Of a stretch of DNA of 64,000 bases, positions 34,971 to 47,502 are shown in pieces; the stretch's first letter is position 1, and each line of letters starts with the position of its first letter. A program made the position numbers and the translations under genes. Location of the stretch: NCBI RefSeq assembly GCF_006345805.1, contig NC_043012.1, positions 35,588,001-35,652,000 of the forward strand. The letters are read 5' to 3'. The stretch comes from Octopus sinensis (lineage: Eukaryota). Under the pieces are notes generated by a model that saw only the letters and a program-made list of their open reading frames with translations, had not been told where the DNA came from and ran no database searches.

Positions 34971-37900
34971 ACCGCCAATGGCTGAGAGATGGGAAGAGAT
35001 GGAAGAGATAGGAAGAGATAGGATTACGGCTTGAGGTAGCCTGGCCTAAGGTTAAATTTTGTAGAGAGAGAGATAGAAAGATAAATCAAGTTATGGCGAA
35101 GGCTTGAAAGTAGCCGAAAAGGTTAAATTTTCGTAACAATGTATGAAGAAACGTAGTAACAACGAATAAAATAGTAAGATAAATTTTTAAGAACTTGCTG
35201 CGGACATCGAACGGGAGTTGAAATTGAATTGGGAATTTAAATTATAGAATCGTAAGGTGAGAGTGAGAGGAAAAAAGACCGCCAATGGCTGAGAGATGGG
35301 AAGGAGATGGAAGAGATAGGAAGAGATAGGATTACGGCTTGAGGTAGCCTGGCCTAAGGTTAATTTTGTAGAGAGAGAGATAGAAAGATAAATCAAGTTA
35401 TGGCGAAGGCTGAGAGATGGGAAGAGATGGAAGAGATAGGAAGAGATAGGATACGGCTTGAGGTAGCCTGGCTAAGGTTAAATTTTGTAGAGAGAGAGAT
35501 AGAAAGATAAATCAAGTTATGGCGAAGGCTGAGAGATGGGAAGAGATGGAAGAGATAGGAAGAGATAGGATTACGGCTTGAGGTAGCCTGGCCTAAGGTT
35601 AAATTTTGTAGAGAGAGAGATAGAAAGATAAATCAAGTTATGGCGAAGGCTTGAAAGTAGCCGAAAAGGTTAAATTTTCGTAACAATGTATGAAGAAACG
35701 TAGTAACAACGAATAAAATAGTAAGATAAATTTTTAAGAACTTGCTGCGGACATCGAACGGGAGTTGAAATTGAATTGGGAATTTAAATTATAGAATCGT
35801 AAAGGTGAGAGGAGGAAAAAAGACCGCCAATGGCTGAGAGATGGGAAGAGATGGAAGAGATAGGAAGAGATAGGATTACGGCTTGAGGTAGCCTGGCCTA
35901 AGGTTAAATTTTGTAGAGAGAGAGATAGAAAGATAAATCAAGTTATGGCGAAGGCTGAGAGATGGGAAGAGATGGAAGAGATAGGAAGAGATAGGATTAC
36001 GGCTTGAGGTAGCCTGGCCTAAGGTTAAATTTTGTAGAGAGAGAGATAGAAAGATAAATCAAGTTATGGCGAAGGCTGAGAGATGGGAAGAGATGGAAGA
36101 GATAGGAAGAGATAGGATTACGGCTTGAGGTAGCCTGGCCTAAGGTTAAATTTTGTAGAGAGAGAGAGAGATAGAAAGATAAATCAAGTTATGGCGAAGG
36201 CTTGAAAGTAGCCGAAAAGGTTAAATTTTCGTAACAATGTAGAAGGAAGAAAGTAGTAACAACGAATAACAAAGTAAGATAAATTTTTAAGAACTTGCTG
36301 CGGACATCGAACGGGAGTTGAAATTGAATTGGGAATTTAAATTATAGAATCGTAAAGGTTGAGAGGAGGAAAAAAGACCGCCAATGGTGAGAGATGGGAA
36401 GAGATGGAAGAAAGAGAAGGAAGAGATAGGATTACGGCTTGAGGTAGCCTGGCCTAAGGTTAAATTTTGTAGGAGAGAGATAGAAAGATAAATCAAGTTA
36501 TGGCGAAGGCTTGGAAAGTAGCCGAAAAGGTTAAATTTTCGTAACAATGTATGAAGAAACGTAGTAACAACGAATAAAATAGTAAGATAAATTTTTAAGA
36601 ACTTGCTGCGGACATCGAACGGGAGTTGAAATTGAATTGGGAATTTAAATTATAGAATCGTAAAGGTGAGAGGAGGAAAAAAGACCGCCAATGGCTGAGA
36701 GATGGGAAGAGATGGAAGAGATAGGAAGAGATAGGATTACGGCTTGAGGTAGCCTGGCCTAAGGTTAAATTTTGTAGAGAGAGAGATAGAAAGATAAATC
36801 AAGTTATGGCGAAGGCTTGAAAGTAGCCGAAAAGGTTAAATTTTCGTAACAATGTATGAAGAAACGTAGTAACAACGAATAAAATAGTAAGATAAATTTT
36901 TAAGAACTTGCTGCGGACATCGAACGGGAGTTGAAATTGAATTGGGAATTTAAATTATAGAATCGTAAAGGTGAGAGGAGGAAAAAAGACCGCCAATGGC
37001 TGAGAGATGGGAAGAGATGGAAGAGATAGGAAGAGATAGGATTACGGCTTGAGGTAGCCTGGCCTAAGGTTAAATTTTGTAGAGAGAGAGATAGAAAGAT
37101 AAATCAAGTTATGGCGAAGCTGAGAGATGGGAAGAGATGGAAGAGATAGGAAGAGATAGGATTACGGCTTGAGGTAGCCTGGCCTAAGTTAAATTTTGTA
37201 GAGAGAGAGATAGAAAGATAAATCAAGTTATGGCGAAGGCTTGAAAGTAGCCGAAAAGGTTAAATTTTCGTAACAATGTATGAAGAACGTAGTAACAACG
37301 AATAAAATAGTAAGATAAATTTTTAAGAACTTGCTGCGGACATCGAACGGGAGTTGAAATTGAATTGGGAATTTAAATTATAGAATCGTAAAGGTGAAGG
37401 AGGAAAAAAGACCGCCAATGGCTGAGAGATGGAAGAGATGGAAGAGATAGGAAGAGATAGGATTACGGCTTGAGGTAGCCTGGCCTAAGGTTAAATTTTG
37501 TAGAGAGAGAGATAGAAAGATAAATCAAGTTATGGCGAAGGCTGAGAGATGGGAAGAGATGGAAGAGATAGGAAGAGATAGGATTACGGCTTGAGGTAGC
37601 CTGGCCTAAGGTTAAATTTTGTAGAGAGAGAGATAGAAAGATAAATCAAGTTATGGCGAAGGCTGAGAGATGGGAAGAGATGGAAGAGATAGGAAGAGAT
37701 AGGATTACGGCTTGAGGTAGCCTGGCCTAAGGTTAAATTTTGTAGAGAGAGAGATAGAAAGATAAATCAAGTTATGGCGAAGGCTTGAAAGTAGCCGAAA
37801 AGGTTAAATTTTCGTAACAATGTATGAAGAAACGTAGTAACAACGAATAAAATAGTAAGATAAATTTTTAAGAACTTGCTGCGGACATCGAACGGGAGTT

Positions 37901-38549
37901 GAAATTGAATGGGAATTTAAATTATAGAATCGTTAAAGGTGAGAGGAGGAAAAAAGACCGCCAATGGCCTGAGAGATGGGAAGAGATGGAGAGATAGGAA
38001 GAGATAGGATTACGGCTTGAGGTAGCCGGCCTAAGTTTAAATTTTGTAGAGAGAGAGATAGAAAGATAAATCAAGTATGGCGAAGGCTGAGAGATGGGAA
38101 GAGATGGAAGAGATAGGAAGAGATAGGATTACGGCTTGAGGTAGCCTGGCCTAAGGTTAAATTTTTTGTTAGAGAGAGAGAGATAGAAAGATAAATCAAG
38201 TTATGGCGAAGGCTGAGAGATGGGAAGAGATGGAAGAGATAGGAAGAGATAGGATTACGGCTTGAGGTAGCCTGGCCTAAGGTTAAATTTTGTAGAGAGA
38301 GAGATAGAAAGATAAATCAAGTTATGGCGAGGCTGAGAGAAATGGGAAGAGATGGAAGAGATAGGAAGAGATAGGATTACGGCTTGAGGTAGCCTGGCCT
38401 AAGGTTAAATTTTGTAGAGAGAGAGATAGAAAGATAAATCAAGTTATGGCGAAGGCTGAGAGATGGGAAGAGATGAAGAGATAGGAAGATGATAGGATTA
38501 CGGCTTGAGGTAGCCTGGCCTAAGGTTAAATTTTGTAGAGAGAGAGATA
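34971..38549 (+). repeat. Higher-order tandem array: 121-bp A x19 and 184-bp B x7
   Basis: Order A B AAA B AAA B A B A B AA B AAA B AAAAA. A-A period 121 (e.g. 35836, 35957, 36078); AB period 305 (36684 to 36989). Confidence 0.95.
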
Positions 38550-39099
38550 TATATATATAATATAATATATATATATTCATATAAATAAATATATATTTAT
38601 GACCATCACCTCTAAATTAACTGTATTCAGCTAAGTGGACTGCACCTTTATACAAGAGCCAAAACTCCTTCAAATCACACCTTACAATTTTAAAAAGGGG
38701 ACTGGCAGTGGGGTCTGTGACCTTGAATATCTGAAAGAAGGATCATGATGAGTGGACGAGCTTTGACCATAAGTCTGCTTAACCAGTAATGACTCAGGGC
38801 TAAATAAGAACAGCCATAACATTAAAGCCAACCAACTGATCGACTGACCAGCCAGCCAGCTGACTGCCCAGCTGGCTAACCACCCGACCAACCAGCCAAC
38901 CAACCAACTGACTGGTTGTTTGGTTGGCTGGTTGGCTGGCTGGCCAACCAGCCAACCAGCCAACCACTAACCACCAAAGCTGATTAGTTCCAACTGGCAA
39001 TGAGATGAGAATTACAGAGATTTCTTTGACAGTTCCAGGTTGGTGTTGATGGAATCAGTGCAAATAGAGAGTGGTGGTGTAGTAAGGTGGACAGAGAAG

Positions 39100-39425
39100 G
39101 AGAAGGAGGAGGAGGGGAAGAAGAAGAAGAAGAAGAAGAAGGAGAAGAAGAAGAAGAAGAAGAAGAAAATGGAGAAGGAGAAGAAGAAGGAGGATGAGAA
39201 GAAGAAGAAGAAGGAGAAGAAGAAGAAGAAGAAGGAGAAGAAGAAGGAGAAGGAGAAGAAAAAGGAGAAGAAGAAGAAGGAGAAGAAGAAGAAGAAGAAG
39301 AAGGAGAAGAAGAAAAAGAAGAAGAAGGAGAAGAAGAAAAAGAAGAAGAAGAAAATGGAGAAGGAGAAGAAGAAGGAGGAGGAGAAGAAGAAGGAGAAGA
39401 AGAAGAAGAAGGAGGAGAAGAAGAA
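39100..39425. repeat. About 325-bp (GAA)n/(GGA)n polypurine tract
   Basis: Direct inspection. Confidence 0.95.
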
Positions 39426-39474
39426 ATCTATAACATGCCATCTGAATATGTATATATGCATGTATGTGTGTGCG

Positions 39475-39553
<79 letters not shown>

Positions 39554-39954
39554 TTATACATACATACACACACACACAAGTGACAGGTGGGGGGGGGGCA
39601 GAAAATTCCTGGCTTTGGGTAAAACGAAATACAGGAGGATCAGTTAATTATGATTCACACCCTTATTTCAGCGGTCCTTCAGTTTTTCTAAGCCCTGTAC
39701 TAAGAACTCAGAAGGTTGGGGCCCCAGCCAGGCCTTTCGTGACACCCTTAAAGCCAAGAACTTTTCAGTTCCTGGCTCATATATATATATAAATTCATGT
39801 AACACATTATGGATTATCTCCCCCTCCTTCTTCTTCTTGTTCTTCTTCTTCTTCCCCTTCTTCTTCTTCTTCTTCTTCTTCTTTTTCTTTCATGCTGACC
39901 TTAATCTCTCTTTTAACTGGTGCATGTCTGATAAACTAGCAGGGAATTATTGCA

Positions 39955-40315
39955 GTGATGGTGATGGTGGTGGTGATGGTGGTGGTGGTGATGGTGGTGG
40001 TGATGGTGATGGTTGTGGTGGTGGTTGTGGTGGTGGTGGTGGTTGTGGTGGTGGTGATGGTGATGGTTGTGGTGGTGGTGGTGGTGGTGGTGATGGTGAT
40101 GGTTGTGGTGGTGGTTGTGGTGGTGATGGTGATGGTGGTGGTGATGGTTGTGGTGGTGGTTGTGGTGGTGGTTGTGGTGGTGATGGTGGTGGTGGTGATG
40201 GTGGTGGTGATGGTGATGGTTGTGGTGATGGTGGTGGTGGTGATGGTGGTGGTGATGGTGATGGTTGTGGTGGTGTTGTGGTGGTGGTTGTGGTGGTGGT
40301 TGTGGTGGTGGTCGT
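39955..40315. repeat. (GGT)n/(GAT)n/(GTT)n tract
   Basis: Direct inspection. Confidence 0.95.
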
Positions 40316-40980
40316 TGAGTTGTTACTATTGATTGCTGGGGCAGTGGTGATGTGGTTAGGAATGGTGCATTTCTAGATGTTCTGACAGTGGCCTGTGGAG
40401 TCTGGTGGTGGTGGTAGAGGATCCTCCCCCTCCCGGTTGATGGTGGTGATGGTGGTGGTGGTGTCATTGGTGGGAGCAGTGTTGAGGCTGCTGGTCATGG
40501 TGGTGGTGGTGCTGGTGCTAGTGGTGGTGGTGGGTGTGAGTTCTAGCGATTGTCTTTGTTGTTGTTTGTGGTTTTGGTGGTCTCTGGTTGGTGATAAGAA
40601 ACAGCCAAGAAGAATTCTTCGATCCCCCCACCCCCCACATGCTACACACACACACACACTACATCAACTCCCACCCACCCCCTTCACACCCCCTTCAGAT
40701 TTTAAATAGGCCATCATCAAACAGATACACCAAACTTTTCTCACCAATGCCTTACGGTGGTGATTGGAGGTGGGGGTGGTGGGGCCCCTACTCTAACCCC
40801 CCTCCCCCCTTAGTACACACTGTGTCCTCTCCTATCTTTTCTAATGCTGCTACCTGCTACACCCCAAATAACAAGGAAGTAATCTATGCAGTTGCGACAT
40901 CTGCTAGAAATAGCAGCCAAATCTCCCACAGTCCAAACCATACCATTCTATGCTTCGATGATTCTTCCAGTCCATCAGCC

Positions 40981-41021
<41 letters not shown>

Positions 41022-41029
41022 GTTTGCTT

Positions 41030-41665
41030 TCAAGTTTTGGCTCAAGGCTGGCAAGTTCAGAGCAGGGGATAAGCTGGTTACATTGACCCCAGTGTCCAAT
41101 TGATACTATTCTATTGACCCCAAAAGGGATAAAAAACAAAGTTGACCTTTTCTAAAATTTGAACTCACGACAAAATACTGTTAAGCATTTTGCCCAATTC
41201 TGCCAGCTTCAATAATCTTTTTTATTAAGGGCACAAGGACTGAAATTTGTGAGGAGGGGACTAGTCGATTGCATCGACCCCAGTGTTTCACAGGTATTTA
41301 ATTTATCAACCCCAAAAGGATGAAAAGCAAAGTCGACCTCAGTGGACTTTGAACTCAGAATGTAGCGATGGGAGAAATACCAGTAAGCCTCTCATCTAGC
41401 ATGTTAACAATTCCGCCAGCTCGCCACCTTAATAATAATAATAATAATAATAATAATCCCATCTACTCTAGGCACAAGGCCTGAAATTTTGGGGAGGGCT
41501 TAAGCTGATTACGTCAAACCCAGTGCTCAACTGGTACTTATTTTATTGACCCTGTAAGGATGAAATGCAAAGTTGACCTCAGTGGAATTTGAACTCAGAA
41601 CATAAAGACAGATGAAAAGCCTCTAAGCATTCTGTCCAGCATGCTAACAGTTCTACCATTTTGCT
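41030..41665 (-). mobile_element. Three head-to-tail family B SINEs
   Basis: The (A/G)AAGT(T/C)GACCT...TTTGAACTCA motif occurs near 41140, 41330 and 41570, with (AAT)n tails between copies. Confidence 0.75.
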
Positions 41666-41961
41666 GTTCTAATAACCATCACTGTGATCCTCATCTCTTA
41701 ATCTCCATCCTCCATGCTGACAGAAGTTGGATGGGTTCAAAGACAGCATCCTGTTCCCTTTTCTTCATTGGCATAGTTTCTATAGTTGGATGCCTGTTCT
41801 AATGCTAACCATGCTACAGAGTGTGCTGGGTGCGTTTTTTCACTAATGAGGTCCCTATACAGCTTGTAAGACTAAGGCACCTTTTAACAGAGTAGGGTTG
41901 CAGCAGAGAGGAGACAACTTCATGAGAGGATATGAAGATTTACAGTCTGAAAGAAGAGAAA

Positions 41962-42352
41962 CAGTAGAACCTTGCAATACGAGTGCCCCATTGTACGAGT
42001 AATTTGCTGTACGAGCCGAGACTCGTGTAAATTTTTGTCTTGAAGTAGAAACATAAATCCACAGTACGAGAACACAAATCATCTCATCTTTAAGGTAATT
42101 CAGTTAATAAAACCAGTTTACATATTTCTTTAGCATTCTCACTTTTATAATTGTCATTTTACTTGTAACTGCACCTTTTCTGCTTTAAAACCCCTAAAAA
42201 ATTATTTTTGAGTTGTTTGTGGTGGGGGTCTGGAATGGATTAATTATATTTTAGTTAATTTCAGTGGGGGCAAAATTGATTTGTAAAACGAGTAAATTGT
42301 AGGACAAGCTCGGTCATGGCACGAATTGAACTCATACAGGAAGCTATCACTG
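41962..42352. mobile_element. Tigger/pogo-like MITE (decayed)
   Basis: CAGTAGAACCTTGCAATACGAG ... CTCATACAGGAAGCTATCACTG|TA; left flank is AA rather than TA. Confidence 0.55.
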
Positions 42353-42807
42353 TACTCACATTTTAAGAGAGAAGGTGACAATAATAGCTGGGTTGTTACC
42401 CACTTTAACATCCTACTCCATAATGTGACAGCTGGTTACCTTTAGCAGAGGGCAGTTTGCTATTTCATGAATTCAAGGCCTGGTCTCTAAACTTTGGGTC
42501 ATTCTCTCTCTGTCTTCCACCAGGGTCAGAGAGCCTGAAATGGGTAATAACACTAACTCTTCCACCTCTGATTAAGAAGTAATTACGTAATTAGCAAAAG
42601 AGAAAAAAAACAGAAAAGAAAACAATTGGCTTTAATATATTCAGAGACTTTCCAGCCATGACAATCCCATCTCGAGTTTTTTTTGAGTCAGTTTGTTATA
42701 CAAGAGAGGTCATTTTCCCACGTGTCCTTCCTCTTTTAAGTATAATCGGATGTGATTGGAGCTATTTCTTTTTTTAAGGTTGCATTGGGATGGTGTTCAT
42801 GATGATA

Positions 42808-42839
<32 letters not shown>

Positions 42840-43451
42840 GGTGGTGATGGTTAAAATGAGATAAGGGGAAGGATATAGAAAGATAAACAACACTTGAAAA
42901 ACTTATATAAAGAGTAAAGTGGTGTTGGTGGAGGTGTGGGGAGGTAGTGGTGGTGGTGGTATGGCAATGCTGGTAATAGTGATGATGCTGATCTTGATGA
43001 TGGTGGTGGTGGTGGTGGTGGTAGGGACATTATGGTAGTAGAAATGGTAGTGGTGGTGGTGGTGGTGTTGATGGGGGTGGTGGTAGAGACCAGAGATATG
43101 TTGACAATAGTATTGTGGTTCAATAGCAGCTCCCCCTCCCCTCCTCACTCCACTTCCACTCTCCTGAAGTGGTGGAGGAGAGGGGGAGGTCGCTGGTGTT
43201 GCAGAACAAACTGATAATAATATTAGTGGGGGGGAGTAGAAAAGGGGGCATGCGAGTGGGGGAGGGGTGCCGATTTCACAATGAACCTGTTGGATGAGAC
43301 AATAAGATCTAAAGGCAAAATAGAGGTCAGTGGAGGAAGTGGGGAAGCGGGGGGAGGGGAAGGAGAGGGGAAAGGGGAGCGGGGGGGGGAGATCAGAGCT
43401 GAACTATTCCAGAAGTGAAGATAAGAAAAGTGTCAATAATTCTATGACCAC

Positions 43452-43482
<31 letters not shown>

Positions 43483-43911
43483 ACCATGGTAATGGTGGCA
43501 TGGTGGTGGTGGTGGTGATGGTGTTGGTGGCACTTCACATGTGCACTTGCATGTGTGTGTGTATGTGTGTGTGTCTGTGTGTGTTTTACCTGTTGGGTCT
43601 GTCTGGAGGAAGGGGCAGTACCCATGGCTGTCACAAGCTCTCCTAAAACGGTGAGACTGATGCCCTCAACTTTTCCTCCTCTTGAACCTTTCTAAGTCGA
43701 TGCCTGCAAAAGCAAAGATCTGATGTGGAGAGGGAATTCCTGAGGACCAATGTGCTGGGGGAGAGATGCATGGCCTAGTGGTTAGGGTGCTGTATTCATC
43801 ATCACAAGACCAAGGTTTCAATTCCCAGACTGAACAGTGCATTGTATTCTTGTGCCAAAATAAGAAACAAATATTTTATTGAAGAATAAGACTCATCCAT
43901 TAAAATTCAGA

Positions 43912-44440
43912 GAAGGCGGCGAGATGGCAGAATCGTTAGTACGCCGGGTGAAATGCTTAGTGGTATTTCATCTGCCGCTACGTTCTGAGTTCAAATTCTG
44001 CCGAGGTTGACTTTGCCTTTCATCCTTTCGGGGTCAATTAAATAAGTACCAGTTACGTACTGGGGTCGATATAATCGACTTAATCCATTTGTCTGTCCTT
44101 GTTTGTCCCCTCTGTGTGTAGCCCCTTTCATCCTTTCGGGGTCGATTAAATAAGTACCAGTTATGCACTGGGGTCGATGTAATCGACTTAATCCGTCTGT
44201 CTGTCCTTGTTTGTCCTCTCTGTGTTTAGCCCCTTGTGGGTAGTAAAGAAATAGGTATTTCCTCTGCTGCTACATTCTGAGTTCAAATTCAACCGAGGTC
44301 GACTTTGCCTTTCATCCTTTCGGGGTCGACTGAATAAGTACCAGTTACGTACTGGGGTCGATATAATCGACTTAATCTGTTTGTCTGTCCTTGTTTGTCC
44401 TCTCTGTGTTTAGCCCTTTGTGGGTAGTAAAGAAATAAGA
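43912..44440 (+). mobile_element. Family B SINE with triplicated body
   Basis: One full head; CCTTTCATCCTTTCGGGGTC at about 44018, 44125 and 44308. Confidence 0.85.
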
Positions 44441-44569
44441 ACTCAGAGAGGGGGAGTTGGATTTTGTTAAACCTTTCAATAGCAATTTGTCTGAGACTGC
44501 CCTTGGTTCCATGATTGAATTTGCTTATTTTATTTTACAAAATTCTTCATTATTTGCAAAATTACTCCA

Positions 44570-44830
44570 CCTTGACTGGCTTCTGTGCCGGTGGCATGTA
44601 AAAAGCACCAACCGATCGTAGCCACTGCCAGCCACTCCTAGCACATAAAAAAACCCACTACGCTCATGGAATGGTTGGCGTTAGGAAGGGCATCCAGCTG
44701 TAGAAACACTGCTAGATCAGACTGGAGCCTGGTGCAGCCTCCTGGCTTCTCAGACCCCGGTCGAACCGTTGAACCCATGCCAGCATTGAAAACGGACGTT
44801 AAACGATGATGATGATAATGATGATGATGT
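44570..44830 (+). mobile_element. Family A copy
   Basis: Core and (GAT)n tail. Confidence 0.8.
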
Positions 44831-45039
44831 TAAAGATTGTAAGACCAATGCTAAGTGGAATCCAAAAGTAATTCGAAATTTTAGTAAGAACTAGTTAAAC
44901 ATTCTTCCTATCAAATTCTACAAAATGTTTTCTTTTATTTTCTACTTTTATTTTACATATTTTTATTTATCTTGTATTCTTCTGCAAAATGTTGTAAATA
45001 TCACGAAAAATTTGATACAGATACCACTGTTTACTAAAC

Positions 45040-45260
45040 TGTCTGGAGAATTGGCTAGAAACTCAGACAACCAGCACCCTCTTCACCCTTCAGGCTCAGC
45101 TTTGTGTCACTGCCACACCCAGATACTCTATGAGCTTCTTCAATGCACATTCCTGCCAATATCCATTTTCCAGCACGTATACATTCAAACAGGTGAAGCA
45201 CAGAGACTTGTGTGCTAAAGTGAAACCCATCTCAGACTACACAGATACAAGTCGGCCATC
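45040..45260 (+). mobile_element. Possible decayed CR1/L2-group ORF2 C-terminus
   Basis: Frame reading TLFTLQ...PRYSMSFF resembles the R-Y-x-x-SFF motif near LINE ORF2 ends. Confidence 0.3.
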
Positions 45261-45837
45261 AGCACACGTGTGCCATATATAGGCCACATCAACGGATTCA
45301 GATGACCACAAACCTACAGTCACCTGTCTCGACTGAAACGAAAGAGCTTTGCCACGTGGTTAGTGGACCAGCAAGAATTCTCCGAATGAAACAACTTCAA
45401 TAATCCTAAAGGAAATATATACATACATATATACACATGTGTGTGTGAGTGTGTAGAAGAAGAAGAAGGAGAAGAAGAAGATGATGATGATGATGATGTA
45501 GAATATGAACAAGAGGAAGAAGTACAATCAGAAGAAGAATTCATCCCTTAATCTCTCCTCTTCTCTCCCACCCTTCCCATCCACCCCAACCTCTGCCCAC
45601 CCCACAGACAGAAAATAAGAAGGAAGAAGAGAGACACGTGTCAACATCTGTAAACTTCTTGACACACAGCTTCCCCCCACCCCTCACCCCACTCTGCCAA
45701 CCGATATCCCTTGCACCTTATCCTGAGCTATGTGATATCAAACATATGATATCTTTTATCTAAATCCACCTACTTTGGCTGTATCCTGGATTTGAACTGA
45801 GAAATCTTCAGTCAGACATCCGCCATAGTCACAGGAT

Positions 45838-45995
45838 TTACTTGGAAATGTCAGGAATTCTCTTCACAGACTTTCTTTGAATAGTTTCCTGATATTCTTT
45901 GTGATTTCTCACAGAATATTCCCCAGCAGATTTCAGCTTTTTCAGATAAGCCTCTTTTGGAGTTAATCTCACATTTTTGAAATAATCTGTTTTGG
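45838..45995 (-). CDS. Probable terminal coding exon of a second unidentified gene; (x)KTDYFKNVRLTPKEAYLKKLKSAGEYSVRNHKEYQETIQRKSVKRIPDISK*
   Basis: Long polypyrimidine tract TTTCTTTCCTCTTGTTTTCTTCATTTCTTAAG then 51 open codons in unique sequence. The acceptor is AAG (less common), and a second frame is also open for 48 codons. Confidence 0.45.
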
Positions 45996-46227
45996 CTTAA
46001 GAAATGAAGAAAACAAGAGGAAAGAAACGAGATATTTTTTTCTATTTAGTGGAGGACTACAAAAGTTACGGAGTGTTTATGTTTATGTTGTAGAGAGTTA
46101 AGCAATAGAAATATGTATAGAAAAGCAGGCAAAGTGTGGATGTTGAATGAAGAAAGAAAGAGAGAGAGAGATTATGTAGGTGTTGACTGGATAGACAAAC
46201 AGACACTGTTTATAGATATTGGCTTCC

Positions 46228-46440
46228 AATTTTGGCACAAGGCCAGTAATTTCAGGCTAGGGGGCAAGTTGACTACATTGACCCCTATGCACAACTAGTA
46301 CATTGGTACATATTTTATCGACCCTGAAAGGATGCAAGGCAAAGTCGACCTTGGTGTAATTTGAACTCACAACCTAAAGCCAGACGAATGCCAATCAGCA
46401 TTTTGCCTGGTGTGCTAACAGTTCTGCCAGCTCGCTGCCT
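46228..46440 (-). mobile_element. Family B SINE
   Basis: Reverse complement of the family B head and body. Confidence 0.75.
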
Positions 46441-46535
46441 TACTGTATACAGATATTGTATGGATTTGCAGATGCAGAGAAAAGATGTTGGGTAGAAAGA
46501 AAGACGGAGTGTAGATGTTGACCAGACAGGTAGAC

Positions 46536-46870
46536 ACATCATCATTGTTCAACCATGGTCGAGACAATGGAATTTACTATGTTACACCAGACCTCATGGT
46601 CCATCATAGCATTACGGAGGTCCTGCTGCTGGATGCCTGTATCCCTGGAGATTACATCAGGGTAGGGGAGTGTGCACCCTCTGGTATTGCGAGCAGATGG
46701 CTTCCAGAGGAGAAGAGGAGAAATTGCCTTGTTTTCAGCTCTACAACAATGTCCAGCAAACTGGACTCTTCTACCTTTCACAAGAGATGATACAGGTGGT
46801 AATTTCCCATATATTTGTATTTTGGTTGGATGACGCTTCCACGAGAGATTTTGTTTGTGTTGTAGAGAGG
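46536..46870 (-). mobile_element. RTE-clade LINE 3' fragment
   Basis: QNLSWKRHPTKIQIYGKLPPVSSLVKGRRVQFAGHCCR...; longer paralogue of 500-751. Confidence 0.85.
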
Positions 46871-47458
46871 TAGACAAAGTGTGGACATGTTCCCTGGATA
46901 ATACATCATTTCCGTTCTTCCGTGGAAACATGTTCTTGCATGGAAACAGGTCAGGATTGACAAGAAGGACATTCAGCCATAAGAAAATCTGCCACAACAA
47001 ATTTGGTCAAATTCATATAAGCAGGAAAAAGTGGCCTTTAAAATGATGATGATGATGATGATAAAGGTGTATCTCGCTTTCTGGCTACTTTCACTCCACC
47101 CTCACACAATCAGCTCCCTGGCCCCATTTTGCTTTAGTATCTTAACACCTGGCACAATGCCCACCACCACCACCGCCACCATCACCACTCTCTCTCCACT
47201 ACAACCACACTCAACCAAGGGTGACTTTGTTTTTCCTTTGTCTTGCAGACCTCACTGGTGCTGGTGCACACACACACACACACAAATAATTAAATACAAT
47301 ACATAAACTAACCCAGTATTTTCTGTAAAATGGTTGGCATCAAGAAAGCCATGGAAATCCATGCCAAAGAGGACATTGGAACTCAATGCAATCCTCTTCT
47401 GGATCATTGGATCTCATTGAAGAGTGTTAAAAGATGCTAAAAGATGATGATGATGATA

Positions 47459-47502
<44 letters not shown>

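Noticed and set aside
34971-38549. CRISPR array, rDNA spacer or mitochondrial control region
   Set aside because: Both units are repeated, so there are no unique spacers, and no rRNA, tRNA or mitochondrial gene sequence lies adjacent.
39040-39792. 250-aa lysine/glutamate-rich ORF
   Set aside because: It is the translation of a (GAA/GGA)n tract plus (GA)n and (TA)n repeats, with no splice or domain support.
42440-42567. 128-nt minus-strand candidate non-coding exon
   Set aside because: The splice signals are plausible (AAG|GTAACC, upstream pyrimidine tract), but there are stops in all frames and no independent support. Mentioned only as a possibility.
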